Source: Malacoraja senta (Eukaryota). From it: a DNA stretch of 64,000 bases. The notes under the pieces were generated by a model. That model was not told the DNA's origin and did no database searches. It was given only the letters and a program-made list of their open reading frames with translations. Where the stretch lies: NCBI GenBank assembly GCA_038087875.1, contig JAXLNO010000573.1:248001-312000 (forward strand), read 5' to 3'. Position 1 is the stretch's first letter. Every line of letters begins with the position of its first letter. Positions 23,576 through 37,221 of this stretch are shown here, one piece after another. A program made the translations under genes and the position numbers.

Positions 23576-25918
23576 GAGTATAGAGTGAGTACAGCAGGGG
23601 GCTGAGCACGCAGCCTTGAGGTGCTCCCGTGCTGATTGTTATCGACGTTGACACATTTCCACCAATACAAACAGACTGTGGTCTGTGAATGAGGAAGTCG
23701 AGGATCCAATTGCAGAGAGATGCGCAGAGATCCAGTTCTGAGAGTTTGGTAACTAGCTTGGAGGGGATGATTGTGTTAAATGCCGAGCTGTAGTCAATGA
23801 ATAACAGCCTGACATATGAGTTTTTGTTGTCCAAGTGGTCCAGAGCGGAATGGAGAGCCAGCGAGATCGCATCCACCACTGATCTGTTGTGGCAGTAAGC
23901 GAACTGCGGTGGGTCCAGGTTTTTGTCGAGGTAGGAGTAGATTTGTGCCATGATCAACCTCTCAAAGCACTTCATCACCACCGACGTTAGTGCCACTGGT
24001 CGATAGTTGTTGAGGCACGTCTTGGGCACTGGTATAATTGATGCCCTTTTAAAGCAGGTGGGAACCTCAGACCTCAGAAATGAGAGGTTGAAAATGTCCG
24101 TAAAACCTCCAGCCAGTTGGTCCGCACAGGTTTTTAGAACACGACCGGGTATACCATCAGGACCAGGCGCTTTCCGAAAGTTCACCCCTCTGAAGAATTT
24201 TCTGATGTCAACCACTGTGACCATGACCGAAATACCATCACAGCGAATGGGGGCTCAAGAAGGCACATCTGTGTTCTCCCTATCAAAGCGTGCGTAAAAC
24301 TCGTCAGGGAGTGTTGTTTCGCCGACATTCGAGCTGCCTCCTGATTTCGCCTTGTGATAGGATTCAGGCCCCGCCACAGCTGCCGAACATCAGTCTCATC
24401 CGCCAGCTTGGAGCAGAAGTCCCCTTTGGCCTTTCTGATGGCCTTACTAAGGTTGTATCTGTTCTTCTTGTAGACAACTGTATCATCAGACATGAATGCC
24501 CGGTGTCTGAACTTCAGAAGAGTGCGGATCTCATAGTTCATCCAAGGCTTCTGATTGGGAAACACTTGGAAGGTTTTTGTTGGGAAGCAGTCCTCCACAC
24601 ATTTCTTAATGAAGTCTGTAACAACTGTGGAGTATTCATTCAGGTCCGTTGCCGTGTCCCTGAACATTGCCCAGTCTACAGACTCCAAACAGTCCTGTAG
24701 TTGTTCCTCTACCCCATCCCGACCAGCTCTGTACAGTTCTCACCTCTGGGGGTGCGCTCTTTAATTGCTGCATGTCGGCAGGAAGAAGCAGCGCTGCGGT
24801 ATGGTCAGATTTACCGAAGTGAGGGCGAGGGATAGAGCGATAGGCATACTTGATGGTGGTGTAGCAGTGGTCGGGGTTGTTTGGTCCTCTGGTGCATCAG
24901 GAGACATGTTGGTTTAAGTTAGGGAGTGATTTCTTGAGGTTTGCTTTGTTGAAGTCCCCAGCTATGGTGGTAAACGCCTTGGGGTAAGACGTCTGGTGTT
25001 TGTTGACCATGGTGTGCAGCTCCTCCAGTGCCAGACGGACGTCTGCCTGGGGTGGGATGTAGACCGCGGTCAGGATGATGGAGGTGAATTCCCTCGGAAG
25101 GTAGAAGGGACGGCACCTCACCGCCAGATGTTCGAGGTGTGGAGAGCAGGGGTTGGACAGGACTGCCACGTCTGAGCACCACGCAGAGTTGACCATGAGG
25201 TAAACGCCCCCTCCTCTCCCTTTCCCAGATGCCTGCGTACGGTCCATACGGTGGATGGAGAACCCTTCAGGCTGGACTGCTGAGTCTGGGGAGCTGGGGG
25301 TGAGCCATGTGTCTGTGAAACAGAACACAGAGCATTCCCTCAGCTCCCTTTGATAAAGCAGCCTTGCCCTTAAGTCCTCCACTTTGTTTTCAAGTGACTG
25401 TACGTTGGCCAGTAGGATAGTAGGGAGAGGAGGCCGAAGTCCCCTGCGCTTCAGTCTTACTTGTAGCCCTGCCCGACGGCCACGTTTCTGTACTCCATGG
25501 CGCCCTCCTCGGTGTTTAAAGGTAGAGTACTTACGGGTCTCCGCGAGGTCGGGGAATCCCCTGAGTTCGGGGATTCCCTTACAGTCGGCACCTCCAGCTC
25601 CGTTGCTGCTGGGTGATCCTGCACAACGGCCTTGATTCCGGACTCCATGAAGGCCTCCCCGGTGTTAGCAGGTAAGGTTCTTGCTGTACCTGCACTCCTT
25701 CGCGAGGTTGGGGATTCCCCTCTGATCGGGGATTCCCTTACTGTCGCTAACATTGGGAGTTCGCAGTAGCGCTCATGCATTTAAATGCGTTAGCAGCTCG
25801 CTACTTACAGCGTTGATTTCAGTGGATTCTCTGATGCAGGCAAGTTAAAAAATACTGTATTTTACTATTTTTCATTGTGCCGTTCGCAAAATGTCGCCGC
25901 AGGTAGGCGCCATCTTGA
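23576..25918 (-). mobile_element. Rex1/Babar LINE 5' part (APE + RT up to PLLYSLYT)
   Basis: ORFs 24897-25382, 24182-24688, 23430-24224; 5' AAGATGGCGCC. Confidence 0.9.
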
Positions 25919-25928
25919 TAGAGTCTAA

Positions 25929-26543
25929 AGGCTCTGTCTCACGGTGTTGCGGTCATCGGCGGTGAAGCGCGGCGTCGCCAGTAGAGGGGACCTCACGGCA
26001 ACGGCGAGAGCGCCGAGCCTATGCCGCGGGAGCGCTACGCGGGGGCCGAGTGATTTAAGTACGGCTGGTCCCACGAGCTTGCGGTAAGTAAAAACAAAGG
26101 GCGGGCCGACTGCGATGACGTCATTTTGGATCCACGGGGCTGTGGCGGCGGCAGTGCTGATCGCGGCGCTGTGGCGGTGGCTGTGGAGGCGGCCGTGCGG
26201 CACACGTGACTCACTAGCGGCGGCTGTGACGGCGGCTGTGGCAGCGGTCGTGCCTCACTGGCGGAGGCTGTGGCGGTGCAAGTTCGACGCACGGCGCTCG
26301 TGCCGCACTGGCGGCGGCTGTGGCGGTGACCGTGCCGCACTCGTGCCTCACTGGCGGCGGCTGTGCGGTAAGAACATATTTTTGAACAGTGTTGGTTTTA
26401 TTTTAGCACCGTGCAGTGTTGGGAACAACGCCGCACGGTCCCGGCGGCGGGCGTTTGACCGAGCCCGCGGTCTCTGGCGGCCCAGGAGTGGTAGATTGTT
26501 CTTGTTTTGCCGCCAATGACCGCAGACTCGTGAGACAGGCCTT
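25929..26543. mobile_element. Harbinger/PIF-like MITE with internal GGCGGCTGT repeats
   Basis: Ends AGGCTCTGTCTCAC / GTGAGACAGGCCTT, flanked by TAA and TTA. Confidence 0.65.
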
Positions 26544-26545
26544 TT

Positions 26546-26820
26546 ACAACACCAGAGACCAGGGTTCGATCCTGACCATGGGTGCTGTCTGTACAGAGTT
26601 TGTACGTTCTCCCTGTGACCACATGCGTTTTCTCCGGGTGCTCCAGTTTACTCCCACACTCCAAAGATGTACAGGTTTGTAGCATAATTGGCTTCAGTAA
26701 AATTGTCCCCAATGTGTAGGATAGTGCTAGAGTATGGGGCGCTGGCTGGTTGTTGCGGACTCACTTGGCTGAAGGAACTGTTTCTGCGCTGTATCTCCAA
26801 AGTCTAAAGTAAAGTAAAGC
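26546..26820 (+). mobile_element. HE1/V-SINE-type SINE, 5' end lost
   Basis: B box, V domain, (TAAAG)n tail. Confidence 0.85.
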
Positions 26821-28459
26821 TGTAATATTAAATTCAGAAAGCAAGAATACATTAATGCAGTACATAATTTTTCTTTCTGAATACTTCAAAGCAAATGTAT
26901 TCACGTTATACACATTGCAAATCACAAGGTTGTGGGACTCGCACCATAGGCCAGGCTATATTAATAAAGAAAACCAGAGTCATGGTGTGAACAGGCCGAA
27001 ATGGTCAGTCTGATGGAGACATAAAGAGTGAGTTACCGAAAGCTGGAGGATTCAATATTCCTGAAGGAAAATGCTTTATCTTCCATCTGGGCATGTTGCA
27101 GCCTTCTGAACTCAAAATCAAATGTACAGTTTTTATTGCATTGTTCTAATTAAGGTACAGGTGTGGAACATCTCTGGTTTTTTTTAAATCACTGAGGAAA
27201 TGGGACCTTAATAAAATTCATGGATACAATTGAATGAAATCCTGGGCTAAATCCAAATACACCATGTGCCAATCTAGTCAATCTGCATTTAATGAAATAT
27301 TTACTGATGTATATTATACCTTCTGAGCTTGAATATAAAATAAATCTGGTTCACTGGATCATCACAGCATCATTTTCCACCATAAAATCTGCCTGATCTT
27401 GACAAATAACTATATGGAACATGTTTTAAAATTATTGTAAGAACCGATGTTTAAGATCCTACATGATACATTGACAGTACGAATGGATGTTATTATTCAT
27501 GTCTGATGATCTCTTAACAATTGTTGCCATCAGTTCTTTGAGTCGTCCTGACATATAATTTGTTTTTCTTTATGCTGATCAACTCAATCAGGCTTTTGAA
27601 TAATATTTTGTGAATTCATTAATTCTGTTGTGAATTATAGCAACTGAATAATTTTGCATGATTTTACGCATGCTTTTTGCAAAATAAAATACAAAATACA
27701 TTAAGATTTCTTCTTCTTACTTTGTAAATGTGTTGAATTTTATATTTAGTAAACTAAGACTCAGAAGCACCCTTTTTGGTTAAAATGACTGCAAATACAA
27801 AGTACTGTGCAATATTTTACTGCATTCTTGATGAATTAATATTACAGCCTTTTTATGTAAGCTGAACTAGATTGCTACTTTGGGGCTTCACTGGACAATC
27901 TCATGAATCAGGAAGAAATTTCACAAGGCAATCTTCAATCAGGTTTTTTTTTCAGCAATCAGCTCCCTTTGGACATTAAATATATTGTTAAAGGAATGAC
28001 TGAGCTAATTATAAATTATAAATTGCAGAAATAGTCCTGCCTTGTTCTATATTTTCTTCCCTCTATAAGAACAGAGTAGATTACCCAAATATTACTTAAA
28101 GCACACAGATCTGTAATATAACTTAATTAATCCATGATGGTATAAACTTCCTCTCATTATTATTTACCAAATTAGATCAACATATCCTTTCACTCCTTTT
28201 TGCATTTATCTAGTATTGTGCTAGTGAGTTCTACCTTCTAACCACCCTCTTGGCTTTTTGCTGAATTCCTGTTGGATTTACTGGTGATTATCTTGAGTAT
28301 ATTCGTCATCTTCAGTTCTGGGCCTAATAACATCTACTCGATAACTACCCCACTAAATCATTTTTTCATCAGAATTGAATTTTGGAAGAACTGGGGTACT
28401 GGAAACACAGTTACAGGAGTTTTGAACAAGGGTACTCATTCTAATTAGAGTCATGGCAT

Positions 28460-29105
28460 CATAAAGTCATAAAGCGTGGAAACAGGCTCTTCGGCCCAAC
28501 TTGTCCATGCCAACCAACATGCCCCATCTACACTAGTCCCACCTTCCTGCCCGTATCCCTCTAAACCTCTCCTGCCCATGTAACTATCTTAATGCTTCTT
28601 AAATATTGCAATTGTACCTGCCTCAACTATATCCTCTATAGCAATCGTTCCATATACCCAACACCCTTTGTGTTAACAAAATTATCCAGTAGCGGCACAT
28701 TGGTAGAGTTGTTGATTTATAGTGCTTGCAGTGCCGGAGACCCGGGTTCGATCTCGACTATGGGTACTGTCTGTACGGAGTTTCTAGGTCTCCCTGTGAC
28801 CGCGTGGGTTTTCTTGAGATCTTCAGTTTCCTCCCGCAATCCAAAGACATACAGGTATGTAGGTAAATTGGCTTGGTATAAGTGTAAATTGTCTCTAGTG
28901 TGTGTAGGATAGTGTTAATGTCCGGGGATCATTGGTCGATTGGTGGGCCAAACATTTATCCTGTTTCGATGTGCTAAATCTCTAATCTAAACTAAACTCA
29001 GGTTCCTATTATATTTTTTCCCCTTCGACTTAAACCTATGTCCCCTGGCTCTCGATTCCCCTACTCTGGTCAAAAGACGGTGCATTTATCTGATCTATTC
29101 CTCTC
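28460..29105 (-). mobile_element. CR1 (HER1-like) LINE 3' fragment interrupted by a + strand SINE at ~28690-28998
   Basis: Similar to other CR1 tails in the window (53540-54080); SINE motifs in the middle. Confidence 0.75.
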
Positions 29106-30861
29106 ATTCTAACAACAAGAAATTCAATATATATGTTGGTTGAATCATAAAATTGCAATAATGTCACTACCTCTTCTGAAATGATTTTTGACATATCTCC
29201 ATCACTAAGTTCCCATTGCTGAGTTTAATGCATGCTCACTCTATTCCAGCAACCTCAACCAGCATTCCATCATATTTGATTTGTATTATTGAAAGTCAAC
29301 GACTTCTGGCACAATAGCTTACTCTTCCCTTTAAGTTAGGCATTTCTAAGCTTAAATAAGTGGGAAGCAATGGTACATTAATAGCTCTGTTGAATGAAAA
29401 GTAATAGTAGATTGCAGAATCCAATGATTGATCCTCTTTTGCTTGTCAACTGTTTGTCAATAGTCCACCAGTACTCAAAACTACCAGTAAAAGCCTATTT
29501 AATGATGATTCTTGTGCTTTTGGCATGTGTCTGTTTATAGCATCAGAGACATAAATTTATAACGTTTTACAGCATGGAAACAGGCCCTACAGCCCAATCA
29601 ACAATGTTGACCAAGGTGGCTTCCTGAGTTTGTCCCTTTAGCGGCAATGGGCCCACATCCTTCAAAACCTTTCCTATCCAGGAACCTATCCAAATTTATT
29701 TTTAAAATTATAATTGAACCAACCTCTACCATGCCCTCTGGCAGTTTATTCCATATATCCACCAAATTTGTGTGTGCAAAAGTTGGTACTCAGGTCCTCT
29801 TTAAATGTTTCCCTCTCACCTTCAATCTATCCTCCTATTGTCTTCAATTGGCCTTTTCCTGAGAACAATTGGAATGGCTATATATTCATTGCCACTGTTT
29901 GACCTTTCTTGGTCAGTTGATAATTCCAACCTGAAATTATAGAATGGCTGTAAAGCTCCATTTGGACATTTGTTTAGGCTGGTTCATCTGTCTGCTTCAA
30001 TAATGCATCATGCTACACACCGGAGCAATCACAGTGGCTGTTACTGGAAAATCTTTGTCCACAAGTTGCAGTGTGAAAATCAAACTTTCACCACCAGAAC
30101 CCAATGCTTCTTAAAGCAATCTGTACTCGGCAATAATTTTGGGAGGATATGCTTCAACCTAATAACAGCAGTACCGCGAACGCAGCAGCCCCCTCCGGTC
30201 AAAAACAACGGCGGCGGTAAACTAAGGCCCGACGACGGCAACTTACTTTCACCGACCACCCGTACACTTCGGCCACGACAGGGCCCGCGCTGACTGTCAC
30301 TGTCCACCGGGCCGCTCCGACCTTGGCCGTTACACAGGGACGACTTGACAACTTAACAACACCAAGGGAGGACGTTTATTATTTCCTCCCGTGTCTTATT
30401 TAGTTTTCTCATTTATCGCGATTTTCCTTCTTTTTTTTTTATAACTAGTAAAGTGGGGTTTTTAATCTTTTAATCTTTTTTAATCTTTTATCGCGCAAGG
30501 AAATCGCTGTGCTAACAACCAAGATCAATTTTATCGTGACATTCTTTTTAAACTAGTAAAATAGCGTTTTATCCTGTCATCATGCATTCCGTGCTACCAG
30601 CCGAGACCAATTTTGTGATCTTCGCTGGTAACTTACTGCTTTTAACTGTTTTTAACCTTGAAGATTTTCCTGCCACCCAGCCCAATTGCAATATATGACA
30701 TAGAATACTGTAACCTCGTTCGTGCCGTATTGGATTTCTAAAATCGAAGATTGAATTAGTACCATGCTTTGATCTGGAAGAATACGAAACACATCAACAC
30801 CAGTGTTGTATTTGGTTCTGTTGATTGTCTTCTCCCAACTGGGATCGAGGATTTTCCATGA

Positions 30862-31407
30862 ATGGGACCATGGTCCGTCAAAATTAGTGTCCAGAAGACA
30901 TACGTAAATACGTTTCGTGGAAATGGGTCGAAACGCTCAGCTACCCCCTTTCTAGGCTACCCTAGAGGTCGCCTACCATTGTTCATTATTGTCAATTTAC
31001 TGGCTGGGGACATCAACATCAACCCTGGCCCAAAAGGTCAGCACCGTGGACGTAAACCAAAGTACCCGTGTGGTTTGTGCTCATTTGCTGTTAAAGATTC
31101 TGGCATTCAGTGCTCGATGTGCACAAGTTGGTTTCACCTGAACTGCTCCAATGTGTCAAACGACACTTTTGGTTTTCACTCCAAAAATCCAAATGCCATC
31201 TGGTTATGCCCATTGTGCGATGTCATCAACCTTGCCAGCTCATTTTTTGACTCGTCAAGCGACCTTACAAGTATGCTCAACTTGAGCAATTCATTTGAAA
31301 GTCTCACATCTCTGAGTGATGACCCTGATTGTGACGTATGGAATCATGAGAATTTAAGATCATCCAGCCCAAATTGTGCTGGCCACTTACCGGAAATAAC
31401 ACTTTAA
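30862..31407 (+). pseudogene. N-terminal LINE segment: 2A-like GDININPGP followed by a PHD finger
   Basis: LLAGDININPGP; CGLC..CSMC..WFHLNC..WLCPLC (C4HC3). Confidence 0.8.
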
Positions 31408-31421
31408 AAAACTGCTCCTGA

Positions 31422-32273
31422 GTGGCGTGTAATGGTGATGCTCAAAAGGAGATTCATGGTACCAACAAAGATATTGATCGCAATGATGTCAGCAATGAAC
31501 ATGGGATCAAAATCACTGTTATAAATTGCCGCAGTATAAGAGGAAAATGTGCTGTGATCAATTCATTTATTGAAACTGAAAACCCTGATATCCTTATCGG
31601 GTCTGAATCTTGGCTAGACCCATCAATCAAATCTGCTGAGATTTTCCCTCCTCACCTTCAAATTTGTAGAAAGGACAGAAACTCGCATGGAGGCGGTGTC
31701 TTCATCGGAGTTAACAATACCATTCCTTGTTTTGAACGTACAGACTTAAACAGCGACTCTGAGCAAATCTGGTGTCAAGCTACACTCGAGGGTCAGTCGT
31801 TACAGATCGGAAGCTCTTACCGACCACCTGACATGAAAACGGAGCCTCTTTTAGACCTTGGATCAATCATCTCCAAAATTAATGCCTCGTCACGCTCTCC
31901 ACTTATCATCCTGGGGGGCGATTTCAATGTCCCAGGTGTAGATTGGTCTGACGGCATACAAAGTGAACCAGAAGGAGCTCTCCAGGATGCCCTAGCTGAC
32001 CTTACTCTGGAAAATCACCTGTCCCAAAAAGTCACTTTCCCTACCAGACGTGATGAGACAAGTGGCACCGAAAATACTCTAGATTTATTGTTCACTTCTC
32101 ACCCAGATTTAATTTCGGAAGTTTCATCGTGTGCTGGAATTAGCGATCGTTATATTAGCCAAGCAAAACTGCACACAAAGCTTAAAGTTCCTTCAAAGCC
32201 ACCGCGTAAAATTTCCCTCTTGAGAAAAGTGAACAGCGAGGAATTTAAAGTCTTAGCAAAAAACTGGGAATAG
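31422..32273 (+). pseudogene. AP-like endonuclease domain
   Basis: INCRSI, SESWL, RKDR..GGGV, YRPP, GGDFN, TLDL. Confidence 0.9.
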
Positions 32274-32522
32274 ATTTCTTCAACCTGCAACCAGATAAAA
32301 GATCGGTAAATGACAACTGGGTGTGGCTGAGAAACTCTTTAAATAATATTGTTACAAATCATGTTCCTCAAAAACTCATTAAGGGCCGTATGCGTCCTCC
32401 TTGGTTTTCGGCAAAACTGAAACGTCTCTGCAGTAAGAAAGTGAAGTCTTATATCCGTACAAAAAAAACGGGTACAAAACTGGACTGGGACAATTTTACT
32501 AGAATGTGAAAGCAAGTCGATC

Positions 32523-34096
32523 GTGCCTTCATCATTTCCAGTTCTACCGCCCAGCCCGTATGCTGATATGCCTGCTATTAAAATTGAGGTTGAAGGTGTC
32601 AAGAAGTTATTGCTCAACATCAATACCACAAAAGCAATTGGACCAGATCAGATACAGAATCAAGCCCTCAAGATCGCGGCCGAAGAACTGGCTCCAGTTT
32701 TGCAGTTCATTTTCCAACAATCGCTTGACTCAGGTGATGTTCCGCTGGATTGGAGGAAGGCTAACATCACTCCTCTCTTTAAGAAGGGTTCAACCACCAA
32801 CCCAGCGAATTATCGTCCTGTTTCATTAACAAGTACTTGCTGCAAATTACTGGAGCATGTAATTTATAGTAATCTGATGCGACACGTGAGCAAACATAAT
32901 ATTCTTGCTGACAACCAACATGCATTTAGGAGGCATAGATCATGTGAGTCTCAGCTTATCCTGACGACAAATGACCTGGCCAAACATCTTGATGGTAATG
33001 TCATCACGGATTTAGTAGTGCTGGACTTTTCTAAAGCATTTGATGTCATCCCACACCAGAGACTGCTTCGGAGCTTGACTTCTATGGTATTCGTTCCAAC
33101 ACGAAACGATGGATTTCCAGTTTCCTGACAAAACGTCTTCAGCGTGTGTGTGTGAACGGAAAGAGCTCCAATTGGCATCCAGTGTTGAGTGGTACACCTC
33201 AGGGCACAATACTTGGCCCACATCTGTTTTTGCTTTACATAAATGACATCCATGAAAAAGTCGCAAGCACGACCAGACTATTCGCTGATGATTGTTTGCT
33301 GTACCCTCCAATTAAGTCAACTGATGATGAAGATGCTCTCCAAAAGGACCTCGATACAATGGTTGAGTGGTCACACCAATGGGGCATGCAGTTCAACCCT
33401 TCCAAATGTGAAACCATGCGTGTCACCAGAAAGAAGAATCCAGGCGAAACATCGTACAATATACTTGGTACCACCCTTGAAGAATCCAAACAAACCAAGT
33501 ATCTTGGCATCAAATTGCAGAATGATCTGCGTTGGAATGGTCAGACTCATCATGCAACGGTGAAAGCAACAGATGTCCTAAATTTTATGAGGCGCAACTT
33601 TCATCATTGTTCAACTTCTGTCAAGGAGAAGCTATACTTCACCCTCGTTAGACCTCATTTGGACTACGCAGTTGCAGCATGGGACCCATACACAAACAAA
33701 AACATTTCTTCCATCGAACGTGTCCAAAGACAGGCAGCTCGATTTGTTACTAACACCTATGAGAGAGAAGCGAGTGTTACCAAACTTCTGAATTCTCAGG
33801 GGTGGAACCCTCTCCAAGACAGACGTGAAGCTCACCGTTTGACCTGTTTTTACAAAATGTTAAATGGTCAGCTCAACATAGATTACAAGACCTACACCAA
33901 ACCCAAACCAATTAGGAGCAGACGAGGGCATTCAATCCAATTTGTGATTCCAGCTACCAAGACAGATGTGTACAGCAATTCATTCTTCCCCCGCACAATT
34001 AAAGCATGGAATAATCTCCACCCTACTATAGTTACCCAACCAGATACAACTAAATTTAAGGTAGCTCTTTCTTCCCAAAAACCCTTTCTGGCTTAA
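32523..34096 (+). pseudogene. LINE reverse transcriptase, frameshift near 33070
   Basis: KAIGPD, NYRPVSLTS, LDFSKAFD, GTPQGTILGP, LFADD, NSFFPRTIKAWNNL. Confidence 0.92.
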
Positions 34097-35962
34097 GTCC
34101 TCCCTCCACCACCTCCAGTTTAAATTCCATTTGGAATATTTTGGAGGATCAAGAAACCAAGAACCAACCAAGAATTGCCCTTAGTGAAGAGCATTAACTT
34201 GTCAACTAATCTTTGTTTATTATTAATGCTCGCTCAGTTCAGTACGATGCACAAAGAACTTCTAGATCACAGCCATCGATTTTATGGCTGGTCCAACAAA
34301 AAATAGGATCCTAAACAGTTCTTCTTGAATGCATCTGTGTTGCTTCACTGGTAAATCAGTCCATCGGATGCAGCAAGGCCTTTACATGGGCTGAGATATT
34401 GAACCATAGGTTGTATTTTTTTTTAAATGATATAGATTTAAAGCAGTGGTTGGATTAGAGGGGAAATGAGTAAGTTTGTTCTTCATTTGGATAGTGGAAG
34501 GGTCTGAAATTACTGAAAGAACAGGACAGGCAAGAATCTCATCTCAGTTTTTTAAAAGTGCCGGTGTGTGAGATGTTAAATGCATGGGAATGGATCACGC
34601 ATGGGAAGATGTGATATATTGGGACCTCTTTTGCAAATGGACACAATGGACCAATTGATCTCTTTCTGTGCCATAAATACTCTGCGATTCTAGAATGGAC
34701 AGTAATTCCTGATGGAAGTTAACTGCCAAGTAAGGAAAATACTGTAGCTGGAACGTTTACAGAAACCATAAAAATTTCCATTGCAGGTTTCCAAACCTTG
34801 CACATTAAGCTTAATTTATAGCAAGTTATTCTCATTTCAAGAGCGGCCCTTGTGTTTCTATGCTTGATTAATTCACTGCCTCAGGTTTGTTCCAGCATCA
34901 TTGGGTAATGGTGATATCAATTGCAACATGACAGGAAGTCCTCAGTACTTTGGTTTGGTTTGGGAAGGTTAATGGGTGATAAGTATTTGTAAGTTTGTAG
35001 GGGAAAGCTTACAATTTGAAATCTAAGCAATCCCACGTGATACAGGAATTTGTTGTGTACTATTTTAATGATGCAATTTGAAAATGACTGAGAATAGAAG
35101 TTCTAAAATCCACTAATAATGTCAGACGTGATGAGAACGATACTATGTTGCTCATCAATACCCTTTTACATCTACATCCTGGCCTTGTGTCTCTCAAAGT
35201 AAAATCAGCAGTGTTAGATTTGGACAACTTGGACAGAATTCGATCTTGACCAGCTGCTCCTTGCCTCTATTATAAGAAAGGTAGTGGCTGGTAAAGTGGA
35301 AATGCATTAAGAAGATATGTGTGATCAAGATGTCACTGAAGAAACATTGGTTCACATCGCAAAATTCTCATCCACCAAGTTAAAACTGAATCCTATGGAA
35401 GCCCCCCACCATTACTTTTTAGTGGCCACACCCTGGTGTGCACACATTCCTCCCAATATCCCACTACCCCATCCAACTGGTGCATATTGATTTAATCACT
35501 GTTTCAAAGTGGAACTGGTTGAATATTTGAAGGTAGATGATTGCATGATGTTGGGCAGCAGTGAGGAAATGGGATCGATTGGATTGGTAAAAAGATCAAG
35601 TGCCATCACACTGTCATTCTGCACTGTAACTTTAATTATTCCTCCTCTGCATTTCTTCAGTCTTTCCACTCACATAGACATTGTTAAAATGGAGTGGGAA
35701 CTTACCTAATTTGTGCCAATCCCAATTTGCAACTTCATATTGCCAGTAAAAATGTTCTGTTTAGCACATGTCTCTGGTGCTTTATGGTTAATGGGTCTAA
35801 ACCTTGAAACTTCCTATCTAACAGCAGCGTGAGCACCTTAATCAGCAGGACAGATCGACACAAAATGCTGGAAAACTCAGTGAGACAGGCAGCATCTCTG
35901 GATAGAAGGAACAAGGCCCTTCTTCAGACTTAGTATCAGGGGAGAGGAAGCTACGGAGATAA

Positions 35963-36127
35963 AGGGCCTGTCCCACTTGGGCGTCATTTGCGCGTTACGC
36001 AGATGGCGCGCAAAGAATTTGTACATTCCAAAATCCTGCCTACATCACCACGCACCATGCGCGCGTAATGCGCACCGTGCGTAAATGATGTCGCATAAAT
36101 TACGCGCAAATGACGCCCAAGTGGGAC
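35963..36127. mobile_element. Harbinger/PIF-like palindromic MITE, right end clipped
   Basis: TAA|AGGGCCTGTCCCACTTGGGCGTCATTTGCGCG ... CGCGCAAATGACGCCCAAGTGGGAC. Confidence 0.75.
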
Positions 36128-36615
36128 CATTGTTAACTAGGTGAAGTTGATATCAAAACAAACAGAGATACAGTGTGATCAGTGCGACAGTCAGACTGGT
36201 CGGAGATTCCTTCACCAAAAGGACAACAGTTGTTCAAGATAAGGACTCATCACACTATTGTTGAAAAGGTAATTAAAGGAATAAAGCTGGTCTTAGTGAT
36301 GATGTCCAAATTCAAAAAACTGATATATTAAAACATTATTTGTTGCTTCTTTAAGTGGATTGGGACTCTATTGAACTCCTTTGGGACTCCTTTGGTGTCG
36401 AATGACTTTTACTGAAGGCCAGGAGAGGCCCGGTAAGATTTATTTTGGTTCAAATGTTCCAGCAGTGTTCCTCTGGGCTGGGTTACCCAAGGGTTGATTG
36501 GTCAGTTATGTTGAAGCGGTTGTAAATTATATCACAAAGCATTGTCCTGCTGTATGTCTCCCTATATATCTGAGAAATATACATGTCTGAAGCATCTGTC
36601 ATTCCTTTTAAAACT

Positions 36616-36915
36616 GGCGGCACAATGGTGCAGCAGTAGAGTTGCTGCCTTTCAATGTCGGAGACCCAGGTTTGATCCTGACTATGGGTACTGTCTGTAT
36701 GGAGTTTGTACGTTCTCCCTGTCACCACGTGGATTTTCTCCGGGTGCTACGATTTCCTCCCACACTGCAAAGACGTATGGATTGATAGGTTAATTGGCTT
36801 CTGTAAATTGTAAATTGTCCTTTGTGTGTAGAATGGGGTGATCGCTGGTTGACGTGGACTCTTTGGGCTGAACTGCCTGTTTTTGTGTTGTATCTCTAAA
36901 GTCTAAAGTCTAAAG
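36616..36915 (+). mobile_element. HE1/V-SINE-type SINE
   Basis: A/B-box head, V domain, (CTAAAGT)n tail. Confidence 0.85.
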
Positions 36916-37221
36916 AAATTAACGCTCATATCCTGGAAATATTTGTGTTCTGATTCTGTGGAAACAATGGATTGAACTGTGTAGAATAATACCTAATGTA
37001 AGTTCTTCTCTCTTAAAATAGATGGATGATCCACCAGAAATCTATTTGGGCAAACAACTGTTATGGCTCGAAATTAGGTGTAGAAAAGTGTCAATGGCAC
37101 TCAAACTTGGTGCAAGCCTCAGACTGGAGATATTGGCTGGTCGTCTAATGTCAATTCACTAAACGCCTGCCAGGAGGGGAAGTCAAACTGGGTTGTCTTT
37201 CCTTGTCCAATCTCCAATCGC

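Larger units (their letters stand above)
30170..34172 (+). mobile_element. Near full-length CR1/L2-group LINE (2A-like motif, PHD, APE, RT), degenerate with internal deletion near 32510
   Basis: CpG-rich 5' end, domain series below, (AAGAACC)-type 3' repeat. Confidence 0.85.

Noticed and set aside
25925..26519. GC-rich ORFs / possible CpG-island promoter
   Set aside because: Internal repeats of a TIR-bounded MITE
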